Shown here piece after piece: positions 22,911-31,274 of a stretch of 37,861 nucleotides of DNA (the first letter of the stretch is position 1; each line of letters starts with the position of its first letter). Origin of the DNA: a virus (lineage: Duplodnaviria; Caudoviricetes); the IMG/VR virus record IMGVR_UViG_3300037692_000473, positions 1 to 37,861 of that record; one strand, written 5' to 3'. The notes under the pieces were generated by a model that saw nothing but the letters and a program-made list of their open reading frames with translations, was not told where the DNA came from and made no database searches. The translations under genes were made by a program, and so were the position numbers.

Positions 22911-25877
22911 TCATGAACACGTTGTGTTTCTGTATAAACTATTGTCAGTTGAATTAAAGCATACATATGCTCCTGTTCCTGGCAGATTTGGCATATACAC
23001 TTTTGTATTTGTTGATGTTTGAGTAACTCTCATACCCTCTATATAATCTCCATTTAAATCTCTTGTCATGAATTGAAGTAATCCGTAAGTTGAGAAAGCT
23101 GGTGTTGTGTTTGTTAATCCAAATGAATAAATTATGGGTGAGTTTGTCGCATTTCCACCTGATATATTAAGTTGTAATTTATAAGTGTTTCCAGCGGTTG
23201 CAAAAATTGTTGACCTGTTATTTCGTGTATTATTATACCATATTGTCCAACTATTACCATCATCAGAACTCACTTTTGCATAAGTTGTGTTGCTGTTATC
23301 TGAAAGATTCATTATAAAAGCAGAATAATTTGCAGAGGTATAATTGTATATTTTAACGTCATCCCAATATGAATTATAATCTGTTGAAACTGATTCTTTC
23401 GCTAAGATTACTTGTTTCACTTTTGAATAATTTAAAAAATTATTGACACCTGAAGTGCAATTCCCAACAATTCTGTCATCAACCCAAAACTCATTTCTAT
23501 TGTCAAAAGTTTTTATTCTAAATCTATACCATTGTTCTAAAGTCATGGCACTTATATTTACATTAGTAACACTATCACAAGTATAAAAAGCCATATTTAT
23601 ATCATCCATGACTCCCATAGCAACACAAGTATTCGTTCCACAAGTCGTGCCTGTTCCATTATGTAATTGAAAATATGTTGAACCATGTAATGCTGATTTC
23701 TGCATAGTCCATACTTCCGCTGTGAAACTGTTTGAAATGTTTGGCAAGACACTGCTTATGTTAGAACCAACCCAGTAACCATCATTATTATTTGAATTAC
23801 ATGAATATGGATAACTGTGATAATATGCTGAATCAGCAACGCAACCTCTCGTTGATAAAATTGTCCATCTTGAAGAATAACCTGTTGTAACAGTATTTAT
23901 GCTGTCATTCCATATACCACTTTGTGCTTGAGTGTCGTCTGTTATTGAATAAAACATATTTGCACTTTCATTGTATAATCGACCAACGCCTGAATTATAT
24001 AAATTAGATATTTCTGAAGCTGATAAAGTTCTATTATAAATCGCCACTTCATCAATACTGCCATTCCAAGCGTAACTACCAGTTCCTTCTCTACCAATAT
24101 TAATAGGTGAAGCTGTATCACTTAAAACACCAGTGCCAGTTGTATCATTACCAACTTGAACTCCATCATAATAAGCAATTAATGTAGTTCCTGTTTTATC
24201 ATAAACTATTGCATAATGATGCCATAAATTATCTCTATTGTCTTTAGCATAATAGTAACTTTCATATCCACTACCACCCGCTTGATATAAAATATAATAA
24301 ACATTACTATTATCAGAAGTTAAAGTCCATTCATAAGCCCCAACAGTAGCTTTAGTGAATATTGCTCTTTGTGCAGTTGAATCATTAACTCTTTTAGCCC
24401 AACCAACGATTGTTATATTATTATTGGCAGGACTGAATTGTGAATTATCATTAATTACAACAACTTGTGTTCCATCAAATGCTGCAGATGAATCTATTTT
24501 ACCTGAAGTTGTATAAGTATTATTGTTGGATGTGGCACTATATAAATAATTTTCATCCAAACTATTGTTTTCAAATCTATACATACTAACAAGATTAGTA
24601 GCATAAAGATAATTTTGTCGAAGATTAACTTGCTGATATTTTAAACCAACATTATTATTGTATAAATTTGATATCTCTGATGCTGATAGAACTCTCTTAT
24701 ATATCGCTATCTCATCAAGAGCTTGTCCAACGCCTAATGGTTGTGCTGATGCATCCCATTTACCTATTTGTAAAACTGATGCAGAACTACCCATATTCAT
24801 TGCGGTTGTGTTAGCAAAATAAGAACCATTAACATACAAAGTGGCAGTTGTCGCATTCGTTTGAGCTAAACAAAAATGTTTCCACACTCCTGTCGCTGTT
24901 GAGAAATTGTAAGGGGTTTGCCAATCAACGTATCCTCCACCACCCCAACTATTAACGTATAAAGCATATGGTGCACCACCATATATTTGTATTGCCTCAT
25001 GACTACCATATGATGCTCCTGAACCTGTTCCTATGTCTATAATATTTTGCCATGATGCTGTTCCTGATGCGTTAGTCCAAAAACAGAAAGTTCTTGGCGA
25101 TGTCTTGTCAGAAATCTCAAAATTTGTTGTTGTTTTAGCATAAGTTCCAACAGCAGCTTGTCCTATTTTTCCAGTTCCAAAAGTCATGCCGCCATTAGTC
25201 ATTGCGTATTTTCCTAAGTTATCATTGACAGTTCCTTCACCGCCCATGTAAAACACAAGGTCATTTTGATAAGGATATACTGTTTGTATTCTTGCTGTTG
25301 AAGAGCCGTTATTTATTGTTGACCAGTAATTAGGGTAAGTGCTTCCACCATAATCTGGCGGTGACGTTGAGTTCCACCATGGGTCAAGAAGTAATAATTT
25401 ACTTGCAGCTATTGCTTGAGCGAGAGTTTGACTTGATAAATGAGCACCGACATCGTATTTGCCGCTGCTTCCAGCAACAATATTCATGCATAACTCTAAA
25501 TACAAATCAGTGTTTTTATTCATTTGTATAGCATTAGTTTCATACCACACAGTTTTATCGTTATAAGTGGTGTAAATTGTTGACACGTTTTGTTGCACAA
25601 AACTTTTAGAGCCATTACCATTAGGCAACAATAAACTGATACTTGACACTGATGCGTTAGCATCGCTACCAACAACTAAATCGTATTGATTATTGTTGTT
25701 CTTATTGGTGATATTAATATAAGCACATCCACTATTGTTTAATTGAAATGGTTTCACAAGTATCTTAACTTGAGCTGTGTTGATATAAACATCATTATTG
25801 ACATAGTCAATAGTATAAGCTGATGCTATACTTACCGACAATAAAATCATAATCATAAATAATATTTTTTTTAACAT
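22911..25877 (-). CDS. Secreted LamG/concanavalin-domain protein (988 aa)
   Basis: Signal peptide MLKKILFMIMILLSVSIASA|YT; two LamG domains (WKHF..LYVNG..LDEIAIYKRVLSASEISNLY and WHHY..YYDG..GSIDEVAIYNRTLSASEISNLY) plus a third lectin-like domain; many NxS/T sequons. Confidence 0.85.
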   Translation of the reverse strand: MLKKILFMIMILLSVSIASAYTIDYVNNDVYINTAQVKILVKPFQLNNSGCAYINITNKNNNNQYDLVVGSDANASVSSISLLLPNGNGSKSFVQQNVSTIYTTYNDKTVWYETNAIQMNKNTDLYLELCMNIVAGSSGKYDVGAHLSSQTLAQAIAASKLLLLDPWWNSTSPPDYGGSTYPNYWSTINNGSSTARIQTVYPYQNDLVFYMGGEGTVNDNLGKYAMTNGGMTFGTGKIGQAAVGTYAKTTTNFEISDKTSPRTFCFWTNASGTASWQNIIDIGTGSGASYGSHEAIQIYGGAPYALYVNSWGGGGYVDWQTPYNFSTATGVWKHFCLAQTNATTATLYVNGSYFANTTAMNMGSSASVLQIGKWDASAQPLGVGQALDEIAIYKRVLSASEISNLYNNNVGLKYQQVNLRQNYLYATNLVSMYRFENNSLDENYLYSATSNNNTYTTSGKIDSSAAFDGTQVVVINDNSQFSPANNNITIVGWAKRVNDSTAQRAIFTKATVGAYEWTLTSDNSNVYYILYQAGGSGYESYYYAKDNRDNLWHHYAIVYDKTGTTLIAYYDGVQVGNDTTGTGVLSDTASPINIGREGTGSYAWNGSIDEVAIYNRTLSASEISNLYNSGVGRLYNESANMFYSITDDTQAQSGIWNDSINTVTTGYSSRWTILSTRGCVADSAYYHSYPYSCNSNNNDGYWVGSNISSVLPNISNSFTAEVWTMQKSALHGSTYFQLHNGTGTTCGTNTCVAMGVMDDINMAFYTCDSVTNVNISAMTLEQWYRFRIKTFDNRNEFWVDDRIVGNCTSGVNNFLNYSKVKQVILAKESVSTDYNSYWDDVKIYNYTSANYSAFIMNLSDNSNTTYAKVSSDDGNSWTIWYNNTRNNRSTIFATAGNTYKLQLNISGGNATNSPIIYSFGLTNTTPAFSTYGLLQFMTRDLNGDYIEGMRVTQTSTNTKVYMPNLPGTGAYVCFNSTDNSLYRNTTCS

Positions 25878-27103
25878 ATTTTACCACCATTTCCATAGGA
25901 CATACATCCTGTTGTGCTAACATTAAGAGTTGTTGAAGTCGTTGTGCTTGTATTAGTCCAACCGCCACCGTCACCGCCTGTTCCGTTAACTGAAACAGCA
26001 GTACAAGTTATTGTATCATTTATTGCAGATACAAAGGATCCGCCAGGACACGCAACTGGATAATTTTGTAATTGAGTCCAATTTATAGCTCCATTACCAT
26101 TAAAACTTCCATTTAAATTATCAATTCTTCCGTTTGTAGTTGTATTCGAAGAAATTAATCCTTGAACAGAAGAATTAACTGAATCAATTCTACTGTTAGT
26201 TGTTGTGTTTGAAGACACTAATCCTTGAACTGTAGAATTCACAGCATTAATTTTTGCAGTATCATTATATTTATCATTAAGACTTCTTCCACTTTCATTA
26301 ATAGTTCCTAAAACATAAACGTTCTGATCTGCAGTAAAATTTAAAGGAACTTCCTGGACAGAAGTGCAAGTGATACTATCTCCAACTTGAGTCATGAATG
26401 TGTTTGCAGGACAAGCAACAGGGTAACCTGTTAAATTACTCCATTGTATTTCATCTGCAACATTTCTTTTTGATAAATTCAAAGCATCGACTCTTCCGTT
26501 AGTTGAAGAATTACTTGAAATTAATCCTGAAATATTACTTTGAATTCCATCTACTGTTAAATTGATAGTATCTATTCTTGAATTTGTCGACGAGTTACTT
26601 GATATAAGACCTTGAACGCTTGAATTAACAGAATCAATTCTTGAATTAGTTGAAGCATTAGCACTCATTAATGCAGAAACATTTGAACTCAAATTATTTA
26701 TGGATCCATTTAAACCAGTAATTAATGCATCTGTTTCATTCATGGTATAAACTTCTGACTTTTGATAAAAAAGATTTGTAAAAAAAGAAACAACTATATT
26801 CAAAAATCCATTTGAAACATTCAAAGTAGTTGTGTTCACATTAAGATTTGAAATATTAGTGTATTGTGAATAATTTACTGAAAAATTTGAAGCATCAATA
26901 CCTGAAAAATTAATGTTTGAAATACCCTGGCCGTTTCCAAAAAGATAAGAAGCAGTAATTGTGCCGTTTGCATTAATGTTTGTCGCATTATACATTCCAT
27001 ATCTGTATTTCATATCGAAATCACTCACAGGAGTTGTATAAGCAGAGACGAAACTAATTAAGAATATTAAAACAAGTAATCCTGATATAAATGCTTTTTT
27101 CAT
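25871..27103 (-). CDS. Secreted Asn/Ser-rich coiled-coil fibre-like protein (410 aa)
   Basis: Signal peptide MKKAFISGLLVLIFLISFVSA|YT; 21-aa repeats NSRIDSVNSSVQGLISSNSST; duplicated YPVACP...ITC module. Confidence 0.8.
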   Translation of the reverse strand: MKKAFISGLLVLIFLISFVSAYTTPVSDFDMKYRYGMYNATNINANGTITASYLFGNGQGISNINFSGIDASNFSVNYSQYTNISNLNVNTTTLNVSNGFLNIVVSFFTNLFYQKSEVYTMNETDALITGLNGSINNLSSNVSALMSANASTNSRIDSVNSSVQGLISSNSSTNSRIDTINLTVDGIQSNISGLISSNSSTNGRVDALNLSKRNVADEIQWSNLTGYPVACPANTFMTQVGDSITCTSVQEVPLNFTADQNVYVLGTINESGRSLNDKYNDTAKINAVNSTVQGLVSSNTTTNSRIDSVNSSVQGLISSNTTTNGRIDNLNGSFNGNGAINWTQLQNYPVACPGGSFVSAINDTITCTAVSVNGTGGDGGGWTNTSTTTSTTLNVSTTGCMSYGNGGKIC

Positions 27104-27127
27104 AATACCTCAAATGATGTGTGTCCA

Positions 27128-27157
27128 TTTAAATACTACTATTTTTAAATACTACTA
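27128..27157 (-). promoter_or_regulatory. Tandem class L promoter variant (TAGTAGTATTTAAA x2)
   Basis: tttaaatactacta at 27128..27141 and 27144..27157; proximal copy about 25 nt upstream of ATG 27103. Confidence 0.65.
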
Positions 27158-27476
27158 TTCCAGCAACAATAGTTCCAATAATACCTATAATGACACCGAG
27201 AGCGGTTCCCTTCCAACTACTCTCTTTTCTTTCTTGATCAAGTTCTCCACCGATGTGAAACTCTTTACACATTGCAACGGTCACGTAATTTTTAAGATTA
27301 TCTTTTAAGGTTTTATTTAATTTATCTTCCATCTCTGTAATAATTGATTTAAGTTCAGCATGACGAAGATTACTTTCATTTTGTTGTTGTTTCTGTCCAT
27401 CTTTCAAGTATTCTATGTCTTTTCTAAACTCCATCAACTGCACCTCAAAGTCGTCGGTAATCTTTCTACGTGCCAT
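27129..27476 (-). CDS. Coiled-coil protein with C-terminal TM helix
   Basis: Heptad region, then TALGVIIGIIGTIVAGIVVF. Confidence 0.7.
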   Translation of the reverse strand: MARRKITDDFEVQLMEFRKDIEYLKDGQKQQQNESNLRHAELKSIITEMEDKLNKTLKDNLKNYVTVAMCKEFHIGGELDQERKESSWKGTALGVIIGIIGTIVAGIVVFKNSSI

Positions 27477-27478
27477 TT

Positions 27479-27979
27479 TTATGCAGCGACTACGTTTCCA
27501 TCGCTTGAAATTGGCGCCCATCTCACAACAAAGGTGATAGCACCTGCGGTTATATTTGCTGTCCCAACTTTAACTGAAACATTTTCAGTTACAATCTTTC
27601 GGGTAACAACGCTTGTTAATTCAATCGTTGCGTCTGGAGTTGCATCATGCCATATGTCTTTAGCACCAATATCTGTAGCGGTTGTTTGAGCGAGAAGTCC
27701 TGCAGTGTTTGTTGTGGTTCCAACTTCAACTGTTGCACCTGCACCTGCTAAGTTAACTGTGCAAAGTGCGATTATTGAAAGTTCAACAACTCCTGTGACT
27801 GTAAGAAGTGCTGACGGGTTTCCTGTTCCATCATAATCTCCGTTCTCATTAGTTCCTGCTGTGAATGTAACGCTTTTTTGAAATGTTTCGTATTGCGGCC
27901 AATCTTTATTAAGAAGTGCCATTGCTGTTTGCGCATTTACTCCAAATTGTCTTGGAAAATCTAAATCTCTACCTGTCAT
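27479..27979 (-). CDS. Putative virion structural protein (beta-sandwich)
   Basis: Thr/Val/Ala/Gly-rich; lies after the capsid genes. Confidence 0.55.
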   Translation of the reverse strand: MTGRDLDFPRQFGVNAQTAMALLNKDWPQYETFQKSVTFTAGTNENGDYDGTGNPSALLTVTGVVELSIIALCTVNLAGAGATVEVGTTTNTAGLLAQTTATDIGAKDIWHDATPDATIELTSVVTRKIVTENVSVKVGTANITAGAITFVVRWAPISSDGNVVAA

Positions 27980-28008
27980 TTTTTTCAACTCCCTTGCTTT
28001 TTAATTGT

Positions 28009-28839
28009 TTATTCAAACAATATTCTGTTCATCTTAACATAGTTAAGTATTCCTGTAACTGCTGCGGTGTCAAGAGCTTGTATTCCAACATATGGAATAA
28101 AGTCAACATCGTTTGTTAATGCAGCAGTTGTGTAAACTTCAACATCGTTAATGTAACAGTGTGCTTTTCTGCTTGAATCAATTTCTATTCTGAAATTGTA
28201 TTGAGTGCTTAAAACAACAGCTACTTCGCTATCTGTTGATGTGTCTGTTCCACCTATTGAACTTATGACCATCCAGTTTGCATCAGAATCGTCTGTTGAA
28301 TATCTGAAGAACACTTGATCGTTGTCAGTTGCTATTACTGGAGTGTTTGTAAGTTTTAGTCCAATCCAAATAAGCTCTGTTGCTATTGAAGCACCTGTTT
28401 TAAAAGAGCATTCAAAAACTGTCTGATTCTCTGTTCCCCACTTTATTGCAGACCAAGCTGTTTGATTTGTATCAAGATGTGGTAAAATTATTATCTGATC
28501 ATTATCTGCTCCAGCTGATGTAAGGGTTATTCCTGCATTTGTAGCGTTAAATGTTACAAGAGCTGTTGTTGCGTTTGTACCGAGAACTTCAAAGTCTTTA
28601 TTTGCGATTGTGTAAGCTGCAAAAGCCGCTGCTGTTGGACTTGTTGAATCGCTTCCAGGTAAACCAATGACTGCGTTTAAAGCAGGTTTTTGTTTAAAGT
28701 ATTCTTCTAAACAATATTTTCCTGGAGAACTTCTTATTTGTCCTTCAAATGTTATGTCTTCGCTGAATGTATATGGACCATTTGTGTAAGGTGGAGCAGC
28801 TATTCCGCCTAATGGTTTAGTTCTGAATCCGTTTGCCAT
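28009..28839 (-). CDS. Putative head fibre/decoration protein with a lectin-like fold
   Basis: GGAGG SD before ATG 28839; YNFRIEID..CYIND beta-sandwich pattern. Confidence 0.55.
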   Translation of the reverse strand: MANGFRTKPLGGIAAPPYTNGPYTFSEDITFEGQIRSSPGKYCLEEYFKQKPALNAVIGLPGSDSTSPTAAAFAAYTIANKDFEVLGTNATTALVTFNATNAGITLTSAGADNDQIIILPHLDTNQTAWSAIKWGTENQTVFECSFKTGASIATELIWIGLKLTNTPVIATDNDQVFFRYSTDDSDANWMVISSIGGTDTSTDSEVAVVLSTQYNFRIEIDSSRKAHCYINDVEVYTTAALTNDVDFIPYVGIQALDTAAVTGILNYVKMNRILFE

Positions 28840-28927
28840 TCTATTTTCCTCCGTTATTTTTCTACTGCTGTAAGGCAGTTCATGTTTTTTATTATGGACA
28901 TACAACCATGGAATTTAAATATTTAAT

Positions 28928-28948
28928 AAAAAAAAAAAATAAAAAAAA
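28928..28948 (-). terminator. Oligo-T terminator after the capsid operon
   Basis: Minus-strand T8-A-T12 just after the stop at 28958. Confidence 0.7.
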
Positions 28949-28957
28949 GTTAATCTC

Positions 28958-29239
28958 TTAGTATCCCCAAACTGTTAATTTGTGAATTCCTGTCGAGATT
29001 GAAGGCATTGTTATGATACCAGTTGCTACTACATATGTTGGACTTGCAACATCTGTTCCAGTTTCGTTCTGAAGAAATGCTCCAAGAATTTCTGCAAATT
29101 CCATAGCTCTTCCATCAGCAACATCACTGTTCATGTCAACTGTGTGTCCTGTAGCACAATTAGCGTCTGTTTTGATAACGACTAATTTAAGGTCGCCCAT
29201 AACTGCTCTTTTTCTGAATGTTTCAACTACTGCTGTCAT
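28958..29239 (-). CDS. Small capsid-associated (cement/decoration) protein
   Basis: Directly after the MCP; GAGGTG SD; ends VWGY. Confidence 0.55.
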   Translation of the reverse strand: MTAVVETFRKRAVMGDLKLVVIKTDANCATGHTVDMNSDVADGRAMEFAEILGAFLQNETGTDVASPTYVVATGIITMPSISTGIHKLTVWGY

Positions 29240-29252
29240 TTTTCATGCACCT

Positions 29253-30311
29253 CTATGCTATTCCGTACATTTGGGAACTCGCTGCCTCAAATGTGTTTAC
29301 GATGGTGATGTACTCTTTCAGTTGGTAAACAAATCCGTCTTGGTCTGTGTACTTCTCTTCATAAGTTAGGTCTTGTAAAACTCCGAAGAAGATGTATCTC
29401 ATGTCCAAGAATAAGATTCTTTTACTGTTTGCTGCAGTTGGCATAAAGATGTCCTTTATAAAAGTCAACTGGTCAAACTGGAATGCGTCAGGTATTCCGA
29501 AGCCCATCATTGGTGACATTGGTTCCACATTTCTTTGGAAGTCGATTAAAAGTCCTTTCACATAGTTGTGAGTTGTTGCGTCTGTAACTGCAATTGTAGG
29601 GAATCCTTTAGCGTTAAAGGTTGTTGCAATTTCAGCTCTTATCAAAGGAAGAGTAACGTTTCCGCCTGAACGATTTGTTGTGTTTGTTGATAAAAGTTTT
29701 ATCATTCCACTTGGTTCAAGAGGGTTTGTTGAAGCGTCTCCATTGATTAGTGCATCTTCTTCAGCTTCGTAAATACTGTCTGTCTTAACACCTAAGTCAA
29801 GTTGTGCAGGATCTATGAATCCTCTCATTGCAGCGATTGTAGGGCCAGAGATTAATCCTTTAGCGTAAAGGAATTTAACTCCTACTGAAACTCTGTCGTA
29901 AGTATCAACATCTTCAGATATTGAACCGCTTTCAGCTCTCCAGTTTGCTCCGCCTTTTGCAGTCAATGGGATGTAATCATATGTTAATCCTCTGATTGCT
30001 CTTCTTGGTGTCATATTTCTCAAAGGTGTCATTCTGATTGTTCTATTGACAACATTTGGATCTGGGTAAACAGGTACTAAAGCTGTTCCAGCTGTTCCTG
30101 CTCCGCCAGTTTGAGAATCTATACTTGCTTTGTGCAGTTCGTAAGTTTTTCTTGCGATTTCTGCTTTTTTGTCTACACCGTTCATTGGGTTGTAGTATTC
30201 CTTTGAAAATCCGCCAAAGGAGTCTTTATCTATATTTCCTGCATCGAATCGTGACCTGCATTTTTCAACACTGAAGCCGTCTTCGAAACTTTTAAACATT
30301 GTTTCTTTCAC
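29253..30311 (-). CDS. Major capsid protein (HK97 fold)
   Basis: ALVP, TPLR, WRAESG, EEDALINGD..GM pattern; follows the protease. Confidence 0.85.
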   Translation of the reverse strand: MKETMFKSFEDGFSVEKCRSRFDAGNIDKDSFGGFSKEYYNPMNGVDKKAEIARKTYELHKASIDSQTGGAGTAGTALVPVYPDPNVVNRTIRMTPLRNMTPRRAIRGLTYDYIPLTAKGGANWRAESGSISEDVDTYDRVSVGVKFLYAKGLISGPTIAAMRGFIDPAQLDLGVKTDSIYEAEEDALINGDASTNPLEPSGMIKLLSTNTTNRSGGNVTLPLIRAEIATTFNAKGFPTIAVTDATTHNYVKGLLIDFQRNVEPMSPMMGFGIPDAFQFDQLTFIKDIFMPTAANSKRILFLDMRYIFFGVLQDLTYEEKYTDQDGFVYQLKEYITIVNTFEAASSQMYGIA

Positions 30312-30313
30312 TT

Positions 30314-31219
30314 TTATCCCCTCATTATAGGCAATTTGCCTTCTTTCATTGCTTTCTCTGAGTCTTCAGAGTTGCTTCCTTTTTGTGCGCCTTGGTCTGC
30401 GAATTTCTGCTTCTCAAGTGCTTCGTCTTTTGTTTTTTTCAGATCTGATTCCATTTCTGAAACTTTCTTTGCTGCATCTATTGATTTGGTTTTTTCAACT
30501 TCAAGTTCTTCTTTTGCTTTCGCAATTTCAGAAACTGATTTGTCGATGTCCACTTTCATCTTTTCGATTTCAGCAACTTTTGACTCCAGCTGTTTTGAGA
30601 ATTCAACTTTCATTTCGTCAACTTTCTTGCTGACAGCAGAATCAATATCTTTCTGTGTAAAGTTTTCCACTTTGTTTCCCTCCATGTTTTTATTATCAAA
30701 AATCTTGTCAAGGTCAAATCCTTTTGCGACGTGACCAAAAGAAGCGTTTCTGTTTGATTGTATAGGAACCCATGTTGCTTCAAGAAGTTCTCCTTTTGTA
30801 AATATTCTTTTATTCGTTCCGTTTATTTTTCTCATTTCACTATCATGCACGATTGCGCCGACACTTATTCCTGCGCATTCACCGTGTTCAAGAGCTTCAT
30901 CAACTTGTTTTTTAATTTGTTCAGCCAGTGGATTTGCGTCTTTTGTGAAAAACCAAGGTTCCGCAAATAAAGCGTAGTTGCCGTTTTTTTCTTTAGATTT
31001 AAGATTTCTCCAACCGCCAACCCAACTCTGCATTTTGTTTTCATGATTAGCAAGTGCTTTAACAGAAGTATATGTTGCCCAGGAATCAATCAGTTCTTTA
31101 CTCATCCCTTCGTCGTCTCTATCGATTGAAGTGTCAGAAAGAACAGCTAAATATTCACCTGTTTTTGAATTCTTAATTACTGGCATCCATAAATTAATTT
31201 TATTTAAATTATCACTCAT
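30314..31219 (-). CDS. Prohead protease with C-terminal coiled-coil scaffold
   Basis: SIDRDDE, LANH, GISVGA, LLEATWVPIQSN, then a Lys/Glu coiled coil. Confidence 0.88.
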   Translation of the reverse strand: MSDNLNKINLWMPVIKNSKTGEYLAVLSDTSIDRDDEGMSKELIDSWATYTSVKALANHENKMQSWVGGWRNLKSKEKNGNYALFAEPWFFTKDANPLAEQIKKQVDEALEHGECAGISVGAIVHDSEMRKINGTNKRIFTKGELLEATWVPIQSNRNASFGHVAKGFDLDKIFDNKNMEGNKVENFTQKDIDSAVSKKVDEMKVEFSKQLESKVAEIEKMKVDIDKSVSEIAKAKEELEVEKTKSIDAAKKVSEMESDLKKTKDEALEKQKFADQGAQKGSNSEDSEKAMKEGKLPIMRG

Positions 31220-31242
31220 AATATTTGTCTTTGAGTAATTTA

Positions 31243-31261
31243 TTATTTAAATACCACTAAA
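31243..31261 (-). promoter_or_regulatory. Class L promoter TTTAGTGGTATTTAAATAA
   Basis: Exact repeat, 23 nt upstream of the protease ATG (probably leaderless mRNA). Confidence 0.85.
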
Positions 31262-31274
31262 TTAAAGAAAAAGC

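Noticed and set aside
22911-27103. Diversity-generating retroelement acting on the adhesin genes
   Set aside because: No reverse transcriptase in the genome; the repeats are in-frame protein repeats without an adenine-specific TR/VR pair.
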